DNA of 64,000 nucleotides from an uncultured Solibacteraceae bacterium (GTDB lineage Bacteria > Acidobacteriota > Vicinamibacteria > Vicinamibacterales > SCN-69-37), in NCBI GenBank assembly GCA_964343975.1, contig CAYFLU010000003.1, positions 78 to 64,077 of the forward strand. Reading direction: 5' to 3'. Position numbers and translations under genes: made by a program. Shown in pieces: positions 52,928 through 61,643 of the stretch. The notes under the pieces were generated by a model, which was given only the letters and a program-made list of their open reading frames with translations, made no database searches and was not told where the DNA came from. Numbering within the stretch: the stretch's first letter is position 1; every line of letters begins with the position of its first letter.

Positions 52928-55444
52928 ATGCGCCGAGCCTCTGTGTTGCTGCTTGCTGCCCTGTCGATTGCCCCGGTCTTTGCTCAAACGCCCACGCCGC
53001 CGGCCGGAGGCGGCCAGGCACCCGCCGCGGGTCAAGCGGGCGGGAACGCGGCCGCCACTCGCGGACCGCGGCCCTACGACCAGGTGATCACGTCCGCCGC
53101 GAAGTCAGAGCGCGGCGTGTTCGCCGTGCACAAGGTCGGCGACCGCTACTTCTTCGAGATCGACAACCAGATGCTCGGCCGCGACTTCCTGCTCGTGAGC
53201 CGCATCTCGGGCGTGCCGGCCGGAAGCGGCGGTTTCCAGAGCGCGGGCAGCTCAGTGAATGAGCGCATGGTGCGGTGGGAAAAGCGCGACAACGCGATCC
53301 TCTTGAAGAGCATCTCGGTGGATTCGTATGCGGACGACACCACGCCGATCGCGAAGAGCGTGGCGCAGAACAACTTCGCGCCGATCCTCGCGTCGTTCCC
53401 CGTCGCGGCGTTCGGCGCGAACAACACCACGTCTGTTGTAGACGTCACCGACTTCTTCGCCGGCGACACACCCGCGCTCTCGGGTCTGTCGACCGCCACG
53501 CGCCGCACCTACGGCGTGCAGCGCTTCGACACCGCGCGCAGCTTCATCAGCGAGGTGCGCAGCTTCCCCATCAACGTCGAAGTGCGGCACGTGCAGACGT
53601 TCGCCGCCACCGAAGCGCCGGGCGATCGCTCCGGCGGCACGGTGAGCCTCGAAATGCGTGAGTCGCTCGTGCTGCTGCCGAAGGAGCCGATGCGCCCGCG
53701 CCACTTCGACCCGCGCGTGGGCTACTTCACCGTGGACCGCGTGAACTACGGCCTCGACGAACAGAAGGCCGCCACCGAGACCTTCATCACGCGGTGGCGT
53801 CTCGAGCCGAAAGACCCGGCCGCCTACGCGCGCGGCGAAGTCGTCGAGCCGATCAAGCCGATCGTGTACTACATCGACCCGGCCACGCCGACGAAGTGGA
53901 AGCGCTATGTGAAGGAAGGCGTCGAGCAGTGGCAGAAAGTCTTCGAGAAGGCCGGCTTCAAGAACGCGATCCTCGCGAAGGATCCGCCGTCGAAGAGCGA
54001 AGACACCGACTGGGATCCGGATGATGCGCGCGTGTCGATGGTGCGCTGGGCGGCCAGCCTCGTCCGTAACGCCGTGGGCCCGCACACGTCGGATCCGCGC
54101 ACGGGTGAGATCATCAACAGCGAGATCACGTGGTACCACAACCACATGCGCAGCTACCGCAACCGGCTGCTGCTCGAAACCGGCGCTGCCAACCCGGCCG
54201 CGCGCACGCTCGACATCCCGGAAGACCTCATGGGCGAGACGATGCGCCAGGTGATCACGCACGAGATCGGCCACGCACTCGGCCTGCAGCACAACATGGT
54301 GGCGTCGAGCTCGTTCCCGGTCGAGAAGCTGCGCGATCCGAAGTTCACGAGCCAGTACGGCGTGAGCGCGACGATCATGGACTACGCGCGCCAGAACTAC
54401 GTGGCGCAGCCCGGCGACGGCCTCCAGCCGAAAGACTTCATCCGCCGCCTCGGCCCGTTCGACGACTTCGCAATCAACTGGGGCTACCGCGTGATCCCGG
54501 CGAAGACCGCCGACGCGAAGGCCGACGAGAAGAGCACGCTCAACAACTGGCTCACGAACCAGACCGGCCCCTTCCCCTATCGGTATGTGCCGGCCGAATT
54601 CGGCTCGCTCGACCCGCGCTCGCAAACGGAAGACATGGGCGACGACGCGGTGAAGGCGTCGACGTACGCGATCGCGAACTACAAGCGCATGATCCCGAAC
54701 CTCATCGCCTGGACGACGAAGAAGGGCGACGACTACGCGGATCTCGAAGAGCTCTACACCGAGGGGCTGAGCCAGTGGCAGACCTACATGGGCCACGTGA
54801 TCGGCGTGATCGCCGGCGTGAACGTGGACCTGAAGACCGCTGATCAGGCCGGCGCGGTATTCACGGTGGTGCCGAAGGCCAAGCAGCAGGAGGCGTTGAA
54901 GTTCCTCAACGACAACGTCTTCGTGACGCCCGACTGGCTGCAGCCGAAGGAGATCTCCGCGCTGATCGGGCCGAGCGGTTTGCCGGCACGTCAGGTGGCG
55001 GTGCTCAACAGCGTGCTGAGCAACGCCAAGCTCGGGCGGCTCGAACTCATCGAGAAGTTTGATCCGACGCGGGCGTATCCGCTCGCGGAGTACCTGAACG
55101 ACGTGAAGCGCGACATCTGGAACACGCCGCAGGCCGCCGCACCCGACGCGAACCGGCGTGCGCTGCAGCGCGCCTATGTGACGCGCCTCGGCCAGATCGT
55201 GAGCCCGCCGGCGCCCGCCGGTGGCGCAGCGGCCGTCCCCGCCGCTGCGGCCGCGACGCCGCCCGCGCCGTTCCTCGCGCCGGTGAACCTCGCGCAGAGC
55301 GATCTGCCCGCGCTCGCGCGCGCGCAGCTCCGTGCGATTCAGGCACAGGCGAAAGCGTCTGTGGCCACCGCCACCAACCCGACGATGAAGGCGCACTGGA
55401 CCGACATCGCCGACCGGATCGAAGAACTCTTCAACAAGAAGTAG
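52928..55444 (+). CDS. Secreted zinc metalloprotease (DUF5117/DUF4953-type)
   Basis: Signal peptide MRRASVLLLAALSIAPVFAQ. HEIGHALGLQHN (HExxHxxGxxH). 838 aa from ATG 52928. Confidence 0.85.
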   Translation: MRRASVLLLAALSIAPVFAQTPTPPAGGGQAPAAGQAGGNAAATRGPRPYDQVITSAAKSERGVFAVHKVGDRYFFEIDNQMLGRDFLLVSRISGVPAGSGGFQSAGSSVNERMVRWEKRDNAILLKSISVDSYADDTTPIAKSVAQNNFAPILASFPVAAFGANNTTSVVDVTDFFAGDTPALSGLSTATRRTYGVQRFDTARSFISEVRSFPINVEVRHVQTFAATEAPGDRSGGTVSLEMRESLVLLPKEPMRPRHFDPRVGYFTVDRVNYGLDEQKAATETFITRWRLEPKDPAAYARGEVVEPIKPIVYYIDPATPTKWKRYVKEGVEQWQKVFEKAGFKNAILAKDPPSKSEDTDWDPDDARVSMVRWAASLVRNAVGPHTSDPRTGEIINSEITWYHNHMRSYRNRLLLETGAANPAARTLDIPEDLMGETMRQVITHEIGHALGLQHNMVASSSFPVEKLRDPKFTSQYGVSATIMDYARQNYVAQPGDGLQPKDFIRRLGPFDDFAINWGYRVIPAKTADAKADEKSTLNNWLTNQTGPFPYRYVPAEFGSLDPRSQTEDMGDDAVKASTYAIANYKRMIPNLIAWTTKKGDDYADLEELYTEGLSQWQTYMGHVIGVIAGVNVDLKTADQAGAVFTVVPKAKQQEALKFLNDNVFVTPDWLQPKEISALIGPSGLPARQVAVLNSVLSNAKLGRLELIEKFDPTRAYPLAEYLNDVKRDIWNTPQAAAPDANRRALQRAYVTRLGQIVSPPAPAGGAAAVPAAAAATPPAPFLAPVNLAQSDLPALARAQLRAIQAQAKASVATATNPTMKAHWTDIADRIEELFNKK

Positions 55445-55448
55445 CGAG

Positions 55449-56447
55449 ATGCCCATGACTCGACGCCTGCTCACATCCTCTCTGGTCCTGTCGGCACTCG
55501 TTGGCTCCGCGCTCGTCTTTTCGACGCTCGTCAGCTCCGCGCTCGCTGCTGCACAGCCGGCGGGCCATCTGAATCCGGTCATCACGGTGCAAGAGAAGGG
55601 GCAGCCGATCTTCGGCATCGCCCATCCGGCGATCATGGCGCGCGGTGCGGGCCGTGGCCGCGCGGGTGGTGACGCCGCGGCGCCGGCCACACCGCCACCA
55701 GCGCAGCCGCCGATCGTGCTCGCCGACGTGGCGAAAGAGACAGTCGGCTACACGCGCGCCGACTACCTCTTCACATCGGGCACGTCCGACACGTTCCTCA
55801 ACTACCTCGACGAGATCCTGAAGGCCGGCGGCTCGGTGCGCACGCATCCGTTCTCGGCGAAGATCGGGATCTGGCATGCGAACCCCACCGCCTCGAACGA
55901 CGCGATGATTCGCCAGCTCAACGCCGGCCACGTGAGCGTGTCGGCTGAAGGCGTCGAGTCTGCGCAGGAAGTGCGCGACGTGATCAAGGCGATGCGCTTC
56001 GTCTCAGCCGGCGGCACGCGCCCGGAGACGGGCCTGGAACACGCGGCGAAATACTGGGGCCTCTCGGTCGAGGAGTACAAGAAGAAGGCCGACGTGTGGC
56101 CGCTCAACAAGAACGGCGAGTTGATGGCGACGATGATCGTGGAGAGCGTGGCGGGGCTCGAGCACGTGCGCGAGATCGCCGCCGAGCCAGGCGTGGCGCA
56201 GATCTTCGCCGGCTACGGCACGCTCGGTCAGGTCTTCCGCGGCGACCAGCCCGCGCGCGAAGCCGCAGCGGCGAAGATCCTCGCAGCCTGCAAGGAATTC
56301 AAGGTCCCCTGCGGCTTCCCCACCAACAACCCGGCCGAGATCGAGCAGCGCATGAAGGAAGGCTGGTCGGTCTTCATCATGCAGCGGCGCGACGAGCCCG
56401 CCATGGCGGCCATCGAAACCGGGCGCAAGCTCGGCGGACGGCAGTAA
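55449..56447 (+). CDS. HpcH/HpaI aldolase / citrate-lyase-beta-like protein with an N-terminal signal peptide
   Basis: A hydrophobic signal ending in ALAAAQP. The core pattern NPVI...G.P.FGI...VESAQEVRDVIKAMRF...GTRP...MIVESVAGLEHVREIAA.PGV is HpcH-like. The family call is moderate. Confidence 0.65.
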   Translation: MPMTRRLLTSSLVLSALVGSALVFSTLVSSALAAAQPAGHLNPVITVQEKGQPIFGIAHPAIMARGAGRGRAGGDAAAPATPPPAQPPIVLADVAKETVGYTRADYLFTSGTSDTFLNYLDEILKAGGSVRTHPFSAKIGIWHANPTASNDAMIRQLNAGHVSVSAEGVESAQEVRDVIKAMRFVSAGGTRPETGLEHAAKYWGLSVEEYKKKADVWPLNKNGELMATMIVESVAGLEHVREIAAEPGVAQIFAGYGTLGQVFRGDQPAREAAAAKILAACKEFKVPCGFPTNNPAEIEQRMKEGWSVFIMQRRDEPAMAAIETGRKLGGRQ

Positions 56448-56453
56448 GTTCGC

Positions 56454-58166
56454 CTACACCGCCGGGTGCTTCGTCTTCCACGGCGTGGCGGCTTCGAACG
56501 CGGCCGCCACGCGGAGAATGCGATCTTCCTGATACAGCGGACCGGTGACCATGAGTCCGACGGGCAGACCATCGGCCAAGCCGCACGGCACCGTGATCGC
56601 CGGATGACCTGTGAGGTTGCACGTGGTCACCGTCGCGCTCGACGCGGGCGCAAGGAACGAGTGGATGGCCGGCGCCGTGCCCGCGCCGTCGAAGAGCGCG
56701 TTCATCTGCTGCAGCAGCAGCGTGCGCACCCGCTGGGCGCGGATGTAGTCCACGGCCGAGATGAAGCGCGAGGCGCGCAGCTGATTCGCGCGGCCGTTCG
56801 TGCCCTTGTCCGCCATGTCGTTGATGCCGCCCCCGCGCACGAGTTCATCGAACATCGCGCCCGCCTCCGCATTGAGCAGCGCATACAGCGCCGATGAGGG
56901 CAGGTCCGGCAGCGTCACGGGCACAAGCGTGGCGCCCGCGCGGCGGAGCACGTCGAGCGCGTCGGCATAAATCTGCTTCTGCGCGCCGCGCGCGTTCGTG
57001 AACTCGCGCTCGATGATGCCGATCGTCAGGCCCTTCACCGACGCGACGCCGTCCCAGCGGAACGGGAGATCCACCACCGTCGTGTCGTGGCCATCGGGCC
57101 CGTGCAGCGCCGAGAGCACGAGCGCGGTGTCGGCCACGGTGCGTGCGAGCGCGCCGACTTTGTCGAGCGTCCAGCGCAGCGTCATGCCGCCGTGCCGGCT
57201 GCTGCGCCCGTAGGTCGGCCGCAGGCCGGCCACACCGCACGTCGATGCCGGCGAGATGATCGAGCCGCCGGTCTCCGTGCCGACCGCGAAGCCGACGAGG
57301 CCCGCCGACGCCGCCGACGCGGGTCCGGCCGACGATCCGCTCGAGCCCGTGTCGGGCTTCCAGGGATTGCGCGTGCGCCCGCCAAACCACAGATCCCCCA
57401 CCGCGAGTTCGCCCGTCGTCAACTTCGCCAGGAGCACGGCGCCGGCCTCGCGCAGGCGCACCACCGCCGTCGCGTCGTAGTCGAAGACCTGCGTGGCATA
57501 GGGCTGCGCGCCCCACGTGGTGCGCACGCCCTTCACGGCGAAGAGGTCCTTGATGCCGTACGGAATGCCGTGCAGCGGCCCGCGATCCTTGCCCGCGCGC
57601 AACTCCGCATCGGCCTGCGCCGCCTGCGCGAGCGCGAGCTCTTCCGTGAAAGTGACCACGCAGTAGAGCGTTTCGTTCGCGCGCTTCAACCGATCGAGAT
57701 ACATCTTCGTGAGCGCCACCGACGTGAACTGCTTCGCGCGCAACCGCGCGCCCAGCTGCGCCACCGACTCGAACGCCACATCCTCGATCCGCGCGGGCTT
57801 CGGGCTGGGCGCCACGCGCGCGGCCGGCACCGCCTTTGGTGCGGCGGGGCGCGCCTTCAGGCTGTGCACGGGGTGGAACGTGAACGCCGGCTCCACCTCG
57901 GGCCCGAGCGCGACCTTGCGGATGGCGTCGATGTTCGTCTGGTTCCCCTGCACGAGCGGCAGCGCCTGCTGGCGTTCGGCCGACGGCAACGCGACGTTCA
58001 CCACCTGCTGCGCCGCGCCGAGGGTGTCGGCCGTCAGCCCGCCCGTCGATGCCTGCGGGGGCGCGCCCTGAGCCGCCACTTCGGTGGTGAGGGTGGGCGC
58101 CAGAACGCCGGCGGCCACGGCAGCCGGAACACGAGCGAGGAAGCGACGACGGCTGGATGCGGACAT
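56454..58166 (-). CDS. Amidase-signature family enzyme with a twin-arginine signal
   Basis: MSASSRRRFLARVPAAVAAGVLA (Tat motif). Amidase signature region GTETGGSIISPAS plus GIPYGIKD. I place the start at ATG 58166. Confidence 0.88.
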   Translation of the reverse strand: MSASSRRRFLARVPAAVAAGVLAPTLTTEVAAQGAPPQASTGGLTADTLGAAQQVVNVALPSAERQQALPLVQGNQTNIDAIRKVALGPEVEPAFTFHPVHSLKARPAAPKAVPAARVAPSPKPARIEDVAFESVAQLGARLRAKQFTSVALTKMYLDRLKRANETLYCVVTFTEELALAQAAQADAELRAGKDRGPLHGIPYGIKDLFAVKGVRTTWGAQPYATQVFDYDATAVVRLREAGAVLLAKLTTGELAVGDLWFGGRTRNPWKPDTGSSGSSAGPASAASAGLVGFAVGTETGGSIISPASTCGVAGLRPTYGRSSRHGGMTLRWTLDKVGALARTVADTALVLSALHGPDGHDTTVVDLPFRWDGVASVKGLTIGIIEREFTNARGAQKQIYADALDVLRRAGATLVPVTLPDLPSSALYALLNAEAGAMFDELVRGGGINDMADKGTNGRANQLRASRFISAVDYIRAQRVRTLLLQQMNALFDGAGTAPAIHSFLAPASSATVTTCNLTGHPAITVPCGLADGLPVGLMVTGPLYQEDRILRVAAAFEAATPWKTKHPAV

Positions 58167-58211
58167 GGGGCGAATTGTATGCGCCCCTGTTATAGTCTTC
58201 GCAGCCCCTTC

Positions 58212-58287
58212 GGGCCTGTAGCACAACGGTTAGTGCGGCCGGCTCATAACCGGTTGGTTCCAGGTTCGAATCCTGGCGGGCCCACCA
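58212..58287 (+). tRNA. tRNA with CAU anticodon (elongator Met or lysidine-modified Ile2), CCA encoded
   Basis: Hand-folded cloverleaf: acceptor GGGCCUG/CGGGCCC, D stem GCAC/GUGC, anticodon stem GCCGG/CCGGU with loop CUCAUAA, T arm CCAGG-UUCGAAU-CCUGG, discriminator A, CCA. TATAGT lies at 58191-58196 upstream. Confidence 0.93.
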
Positions 58288-58380
58288 TTTGCGTAGACAA
58301 ACACGGGCAAGTGGAAAGCACACACGTGGAAAGTAGCAAGTTGAACTGAGAAGTCGGAAGGTGGAAGTACGGGTCCGCCC

Positions 58381-58875
58381 ATGAGTGACCGCAAATACAA
58401 GCAGCGCGGCTATCAGGACGACGACCGCGGGCGCGAATCGCGCGGTCCGCGTCCGGAGTTCCAGCGCAAGCCGCACGAGAAGTTCGATCCCCGCATCCCG
58501 CGCGATCCGCGCACGCCCAACATGATGGGCTTCAAGGAAACGTTCCGCTGCGCCCGATGCGGTCGCGAAGAGAAACCGGAGATCGGCTCGCTCAGCATGT
58601 GCGAGAAGTGCGGCACGGCGCTCCGTTCCTGCATCCAGTGCGCGTCGTTCGACTCGTCGGCCGTTTTCGAATGCCTGCAGAAGATCCCCACGCGCGTGAG
58701 TCCGAAAGACGGCGCCAACACCTGCACGTTCTTCTCGCCGCGCATGAAGGTCGAGAAGGAAACGCACTCCGCACCGGCGCCGGCCATGGATCGCGATCGG
58801 CGCGATGGCGGCAGCCGTCCGAGCGGCCCGTCGGCCGCGGCCCGCAAGGCCTTCGACGATCTCTTCAAGATTTGA
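58381..58875 (+). CDS. Hypothetical zinc-ribbon protein with basic/disordered termini
   Basis: CARCG...CEKCG...CIQC...C Cys pairs, with R/D/P-rich N- and C-terminal tails. 164 aa. Confidence 0.6.
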   Translation: MSDRKYKQRGYQDDDRGRESRGPRPEFQRKPHEKFDPRIPRDPRTPNMMGFKETFRCARCGREEKPEIGSLSMCEKCGTALRSCIQCASFDSSAVFECLQKIPTRVSPKDGANTCTFFSPRMKVEKETHSAPAPAMDRDRRDGGSRPSGPSAAARKAFDDLFKI

Positions 58876-58899
58876 ACCGCTGACGCGTTGTGGCAGTAG

Positions 58900-61143
58900 T
58901 TACCGCGACGCCAATCCGCGCACGTACGCCTTCAGTTGTTCCACGCTGAAGGGTTTCAGGAGCATCGAAGCGCCGATTTCGTCGGCCTGCTGCTCCACCG
59001 TGGGATCCGCGGAATAGCCCGTGACCAACAACACTCGGCCACCCGGGCGCTTCTGCACGAAGTGCCGCGCGAGCTCGATGCCGTTCTTGTTGGGCATGAC
59101 GATGTCGGTCACGAGCACGTCGATGTCGCGTGCGTGGGCATCGACCACGCGCATGCCCGCCTCGCCGTCTTCGGCCTGCAAGACCTGACACCCGAGGCCG
59201 CGCAACACTTCCACGAGGAATTCGCGCACGCCCGCATCGTCTTCGGCCACGAGCACGCAGGCGGCCACGGGCGCCGCCGGCGTGATGTCACGCAGCGGCC
59301 GCGACACGATATGTCCCGTCGCACGCGGCAAGAGAATCTCGAACGTGGTGCCCGCGCCGACCGCGCTCGTGACGCGCACCGCTCCGCCGGCCTGCACGAT
59401 GCTGCCGTAGACCATTGAGAGGCCGAGACCGGTGCCGCGGCCGAGCGCCTTCGTCGTGAAGAACGGCTCGAACACGCGCTCGACCACGTCCGGCGGCATG
59501 CCTTCGCCGGTGTCGCGCACGACGAGACGCACGGCCGGCCCGGTCTGAATCTTGCCGATGAACGACGGATCCACCGGCCCGAGGGCCACGAGTTCGCCGT
59601 GAATCGCGAACGTGCCGCCCGACGGCACCACCGGCGAGATACCGCGCCAGCGTCGGATCCCCGCCGGCCTGTTGCTGCGCCAGCTCGGCGTTGCCGAGGA
59701 TCGCCGTGAGCAAGTTGTTGAAGTCGTGCGCGATACCGCCGGCCAGGCGCCCGACGGTTTCGAGCCGTTCGCCGGCTTCGAGCCGCGCTTGCAGTTCGCG
59801 CTGCTCGGTGACGTCGCGGCCAACACCGAGAATGCCGCCGATCGCCGGCACGTGCATCAGGTTGCGCCCGAACGTGTCGAGCCACCGCCAGCTGCCGTCC
59901 TTGTGACGGAAGCGCGCGGTCGTGCGCGCCAGCGTCTCCGGATCTGTGAGCAGCCCCGCCATCGCGCCACCGGCGCGCGCCGCATCCTCCGGATGGACGT
60001 ATTCGAGGATCGAGTGCCCGACACGCTCGCCCGGCCGGAAGCCGAGCACGCGCTCGACCGCCGCATTTTCAAAGATGATCGTGCCGCGGTTGTCGAGAAT
60101 CACGACGATGTCGAGCACGCTCTCGACGATCGCGCGCGTACGCTCCCGCTCCACGAGCAAGCGGCTCTCCGCCAGGCTCCGTTCGCTCACGTCGATGAAC
60201 GACCCGATATACCCGTCCACTTCGCCGTCGTCACCGACGACGCGCGAGCCGGAGATCTCCACGTCGAACTCCGAGCCGTCGGCGCGCTTGCCGCGGAGCG
60301 TGCGCACCGAGGCGCGGCCGACGGCGAGATCGCCGAGCGCGACGCGCGCGGCCTCGGTGTCGGCCCAGAACTCGAACGCGCTGTGCCCGACGGCCTGCGA
60401 GGTCGAGGCGAGTCCGAACATGTCAAGCAGCGCGCGGTTCGCGAAGACCACCATGCCGCCCGGATCGACGATCGCGATGCCGGCGCGCGACGAGGCGACC
60501 GCTTCGCGGAGCGTCTCGAGAATCGACGTCGTGCCCTCGAGCGCCTCGTGTTCGCGGGCCTGCCGTTCGGCGCGCCAGCTCCACCAGAGCGCGATCAGCG
60601 ACCCGAGCAGAAACAGCTCCATGTCGGACACGCGCCGGCCTTTTTGCAGTTCGACCGCCAGCTCCGGCACGACGCCATCTGGCGCGGCGAGGGCCACGAT
60701 GGCCACGAGCACGGTGCTCGCGCCCATCGTGATCGCCGCCGCTCGCCGGCCCAGAAGCGCCGCGGCGAGGACAACAGCGATCGTGAACACGGGCACGGTC
60801 GGCGCCGCAAACCCACCCACGATCAGCGGCACGCCGGCCCCGATCAGAGCGAAGACACGAGGAGAATGCCGGCCGCGCGCGTGGCGCCGCGCCAACCCAG
60901 CCACAGCGCGAGCACGGACGCGCCGAGGAGCAGCAGGACGGAAAACCAGCTGACCGTCGGCAACGACCGGCTGGTCAACGACACGATCGCGAACCAGATG
61001 GCCCCGAGGATGCCGAAGCACGACAGGAAGGCGATGAGACGCCGATCTTCCGTGGCGTGGAGCCTCGCGCGCTCGTTCACCGGCTGCTGCTGCACCGGGA
61101 AATGCTGTCGATCAATTGTGTGAAGCGGAGTCTCCGGAGCCAT
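58900..61143 (-). pseudogene. Disrupted hybrid sensor histidine kinase (TM region, 2 PAS domains, HisKA H-box // HATPase_c, REC)
   Basis: Three reading frames are needed to read the gene. 61143-60844 encodes TM helices and ends ...AAGILLVSSL*. The next frame continues ...VFALIGAGVPLIVGG, so a 1-nt indel lies near 60860. The H-box IAHDFNNLLTAILGNAELA at ~59690 then jumps within ~15 codons, out of frame, to ...PSGGTFAIHGE...DTGEGM...GTGLGLS. The second DHp helix and the N-box are therefore missing. An intact REC domain (VLVAEDD...DIVMP...LLKPF) follows. Confidence 0.65.
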
Positions 61144-61188
61144 CGCGTCGCTGGGGCGTTTTACTCAGGCAGAGCATGTGCCAAAAGG

Positions 61189-61572
61189 TCAGTCGGGCGC
61201 TACCACTAAAGGCGGCCGGCCGAACTTGGCCCGCACCTGATTGATGGTCTGGAGCACCAGCGGTTGGCTGATCAGCCGCGCCTCCAGCCGATGCTTCCCG
61301 GGGAAGTCGATGAGTGACACGCCGATGAGGATGGTCAGGATGCCCTGCCCCGGCAGCACCAGCATGGCGATCCCGGCGAGCAACAACACGACCCCGACGA
61401 GGTTCTTCACGATCCGTCCGGCCAGTCGCAGAAAGGGATGCCGGCCGTCCATCCATTGGCGCGGCACCCGCACGTCGAAGTAGTCGGCGGGCAGCCGGAC
61501 CAGAATCCAGGGGATGCCGATCAGGGAGCCGACGAATCCAACAATGGACGCGGTCGCAAGCCAGGCGAGCAC
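61189..61572 (-). CDS. PGPGW-family small membrane protein
   Basis: 127 aa, 3 TM helices, LPGQGILTILIG (PGPGW-like motif). Confidence 0.72.
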   Translation of the reverse strand: MLAWLATASIVGFVGSLIGIPWILVRLPADYFDVRVPRQWMDGRHPFLRLAGRIVKNLVGVVLLLAGIAMLVLPGQGILTILIGVSLIDFPGKHRLEARLISQPLVLQTINQVRAKFGRPPLVVAPD

Positions 61573-61643
61573 GCTCTGACCTTATCAGGTGCCGGGGGGG
61601 GTATACTCCACGTCCTCGACGGCGTTCGTTTCGGAGGACGTTC

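Noticed and set aside
53252-55690. Very long ORFs on the strand opposite to, or out of frame with, well-supported genes. Examples: 53252-55690 (812 aa), 29425-30978 (517 aa), 56845-58767 (640 aa), 364-1560, 40358-41896, 10659-12176, 14826-16514.
   Set aside because: These are typical stop-codon-poor shadow frames of a high-G+C genome. The translations are Arg/Ala/Gly/Pro-rich low-complexity strings with no motifs. Each overlaps a gene that has clear family signatures.
58212-58287. Initiator tRNA-fMet assignment for the CAU tRNA, and use of this tRNA as an integration site for an island.
   Set aside because: Positions 1-72 form a normal G-C pair, whereas bacterial initiators have a 1-72 mismatch. 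The anticodon stem also lacks the three consecutive G-C pairs next to the loop. No integrase, direct repeat of the tRNA 3' end, or phage/IS genes lie nearby.
58900-61143. Programmed ribosomal frameshifting as the explanation for the split histidine-kinase frames.
   Set aside because: There is no slippery heptamer or stimulatory structure at either junction. The second junction also lacks ~80 residues of essential kinase core, which frameshifting cannot restore.
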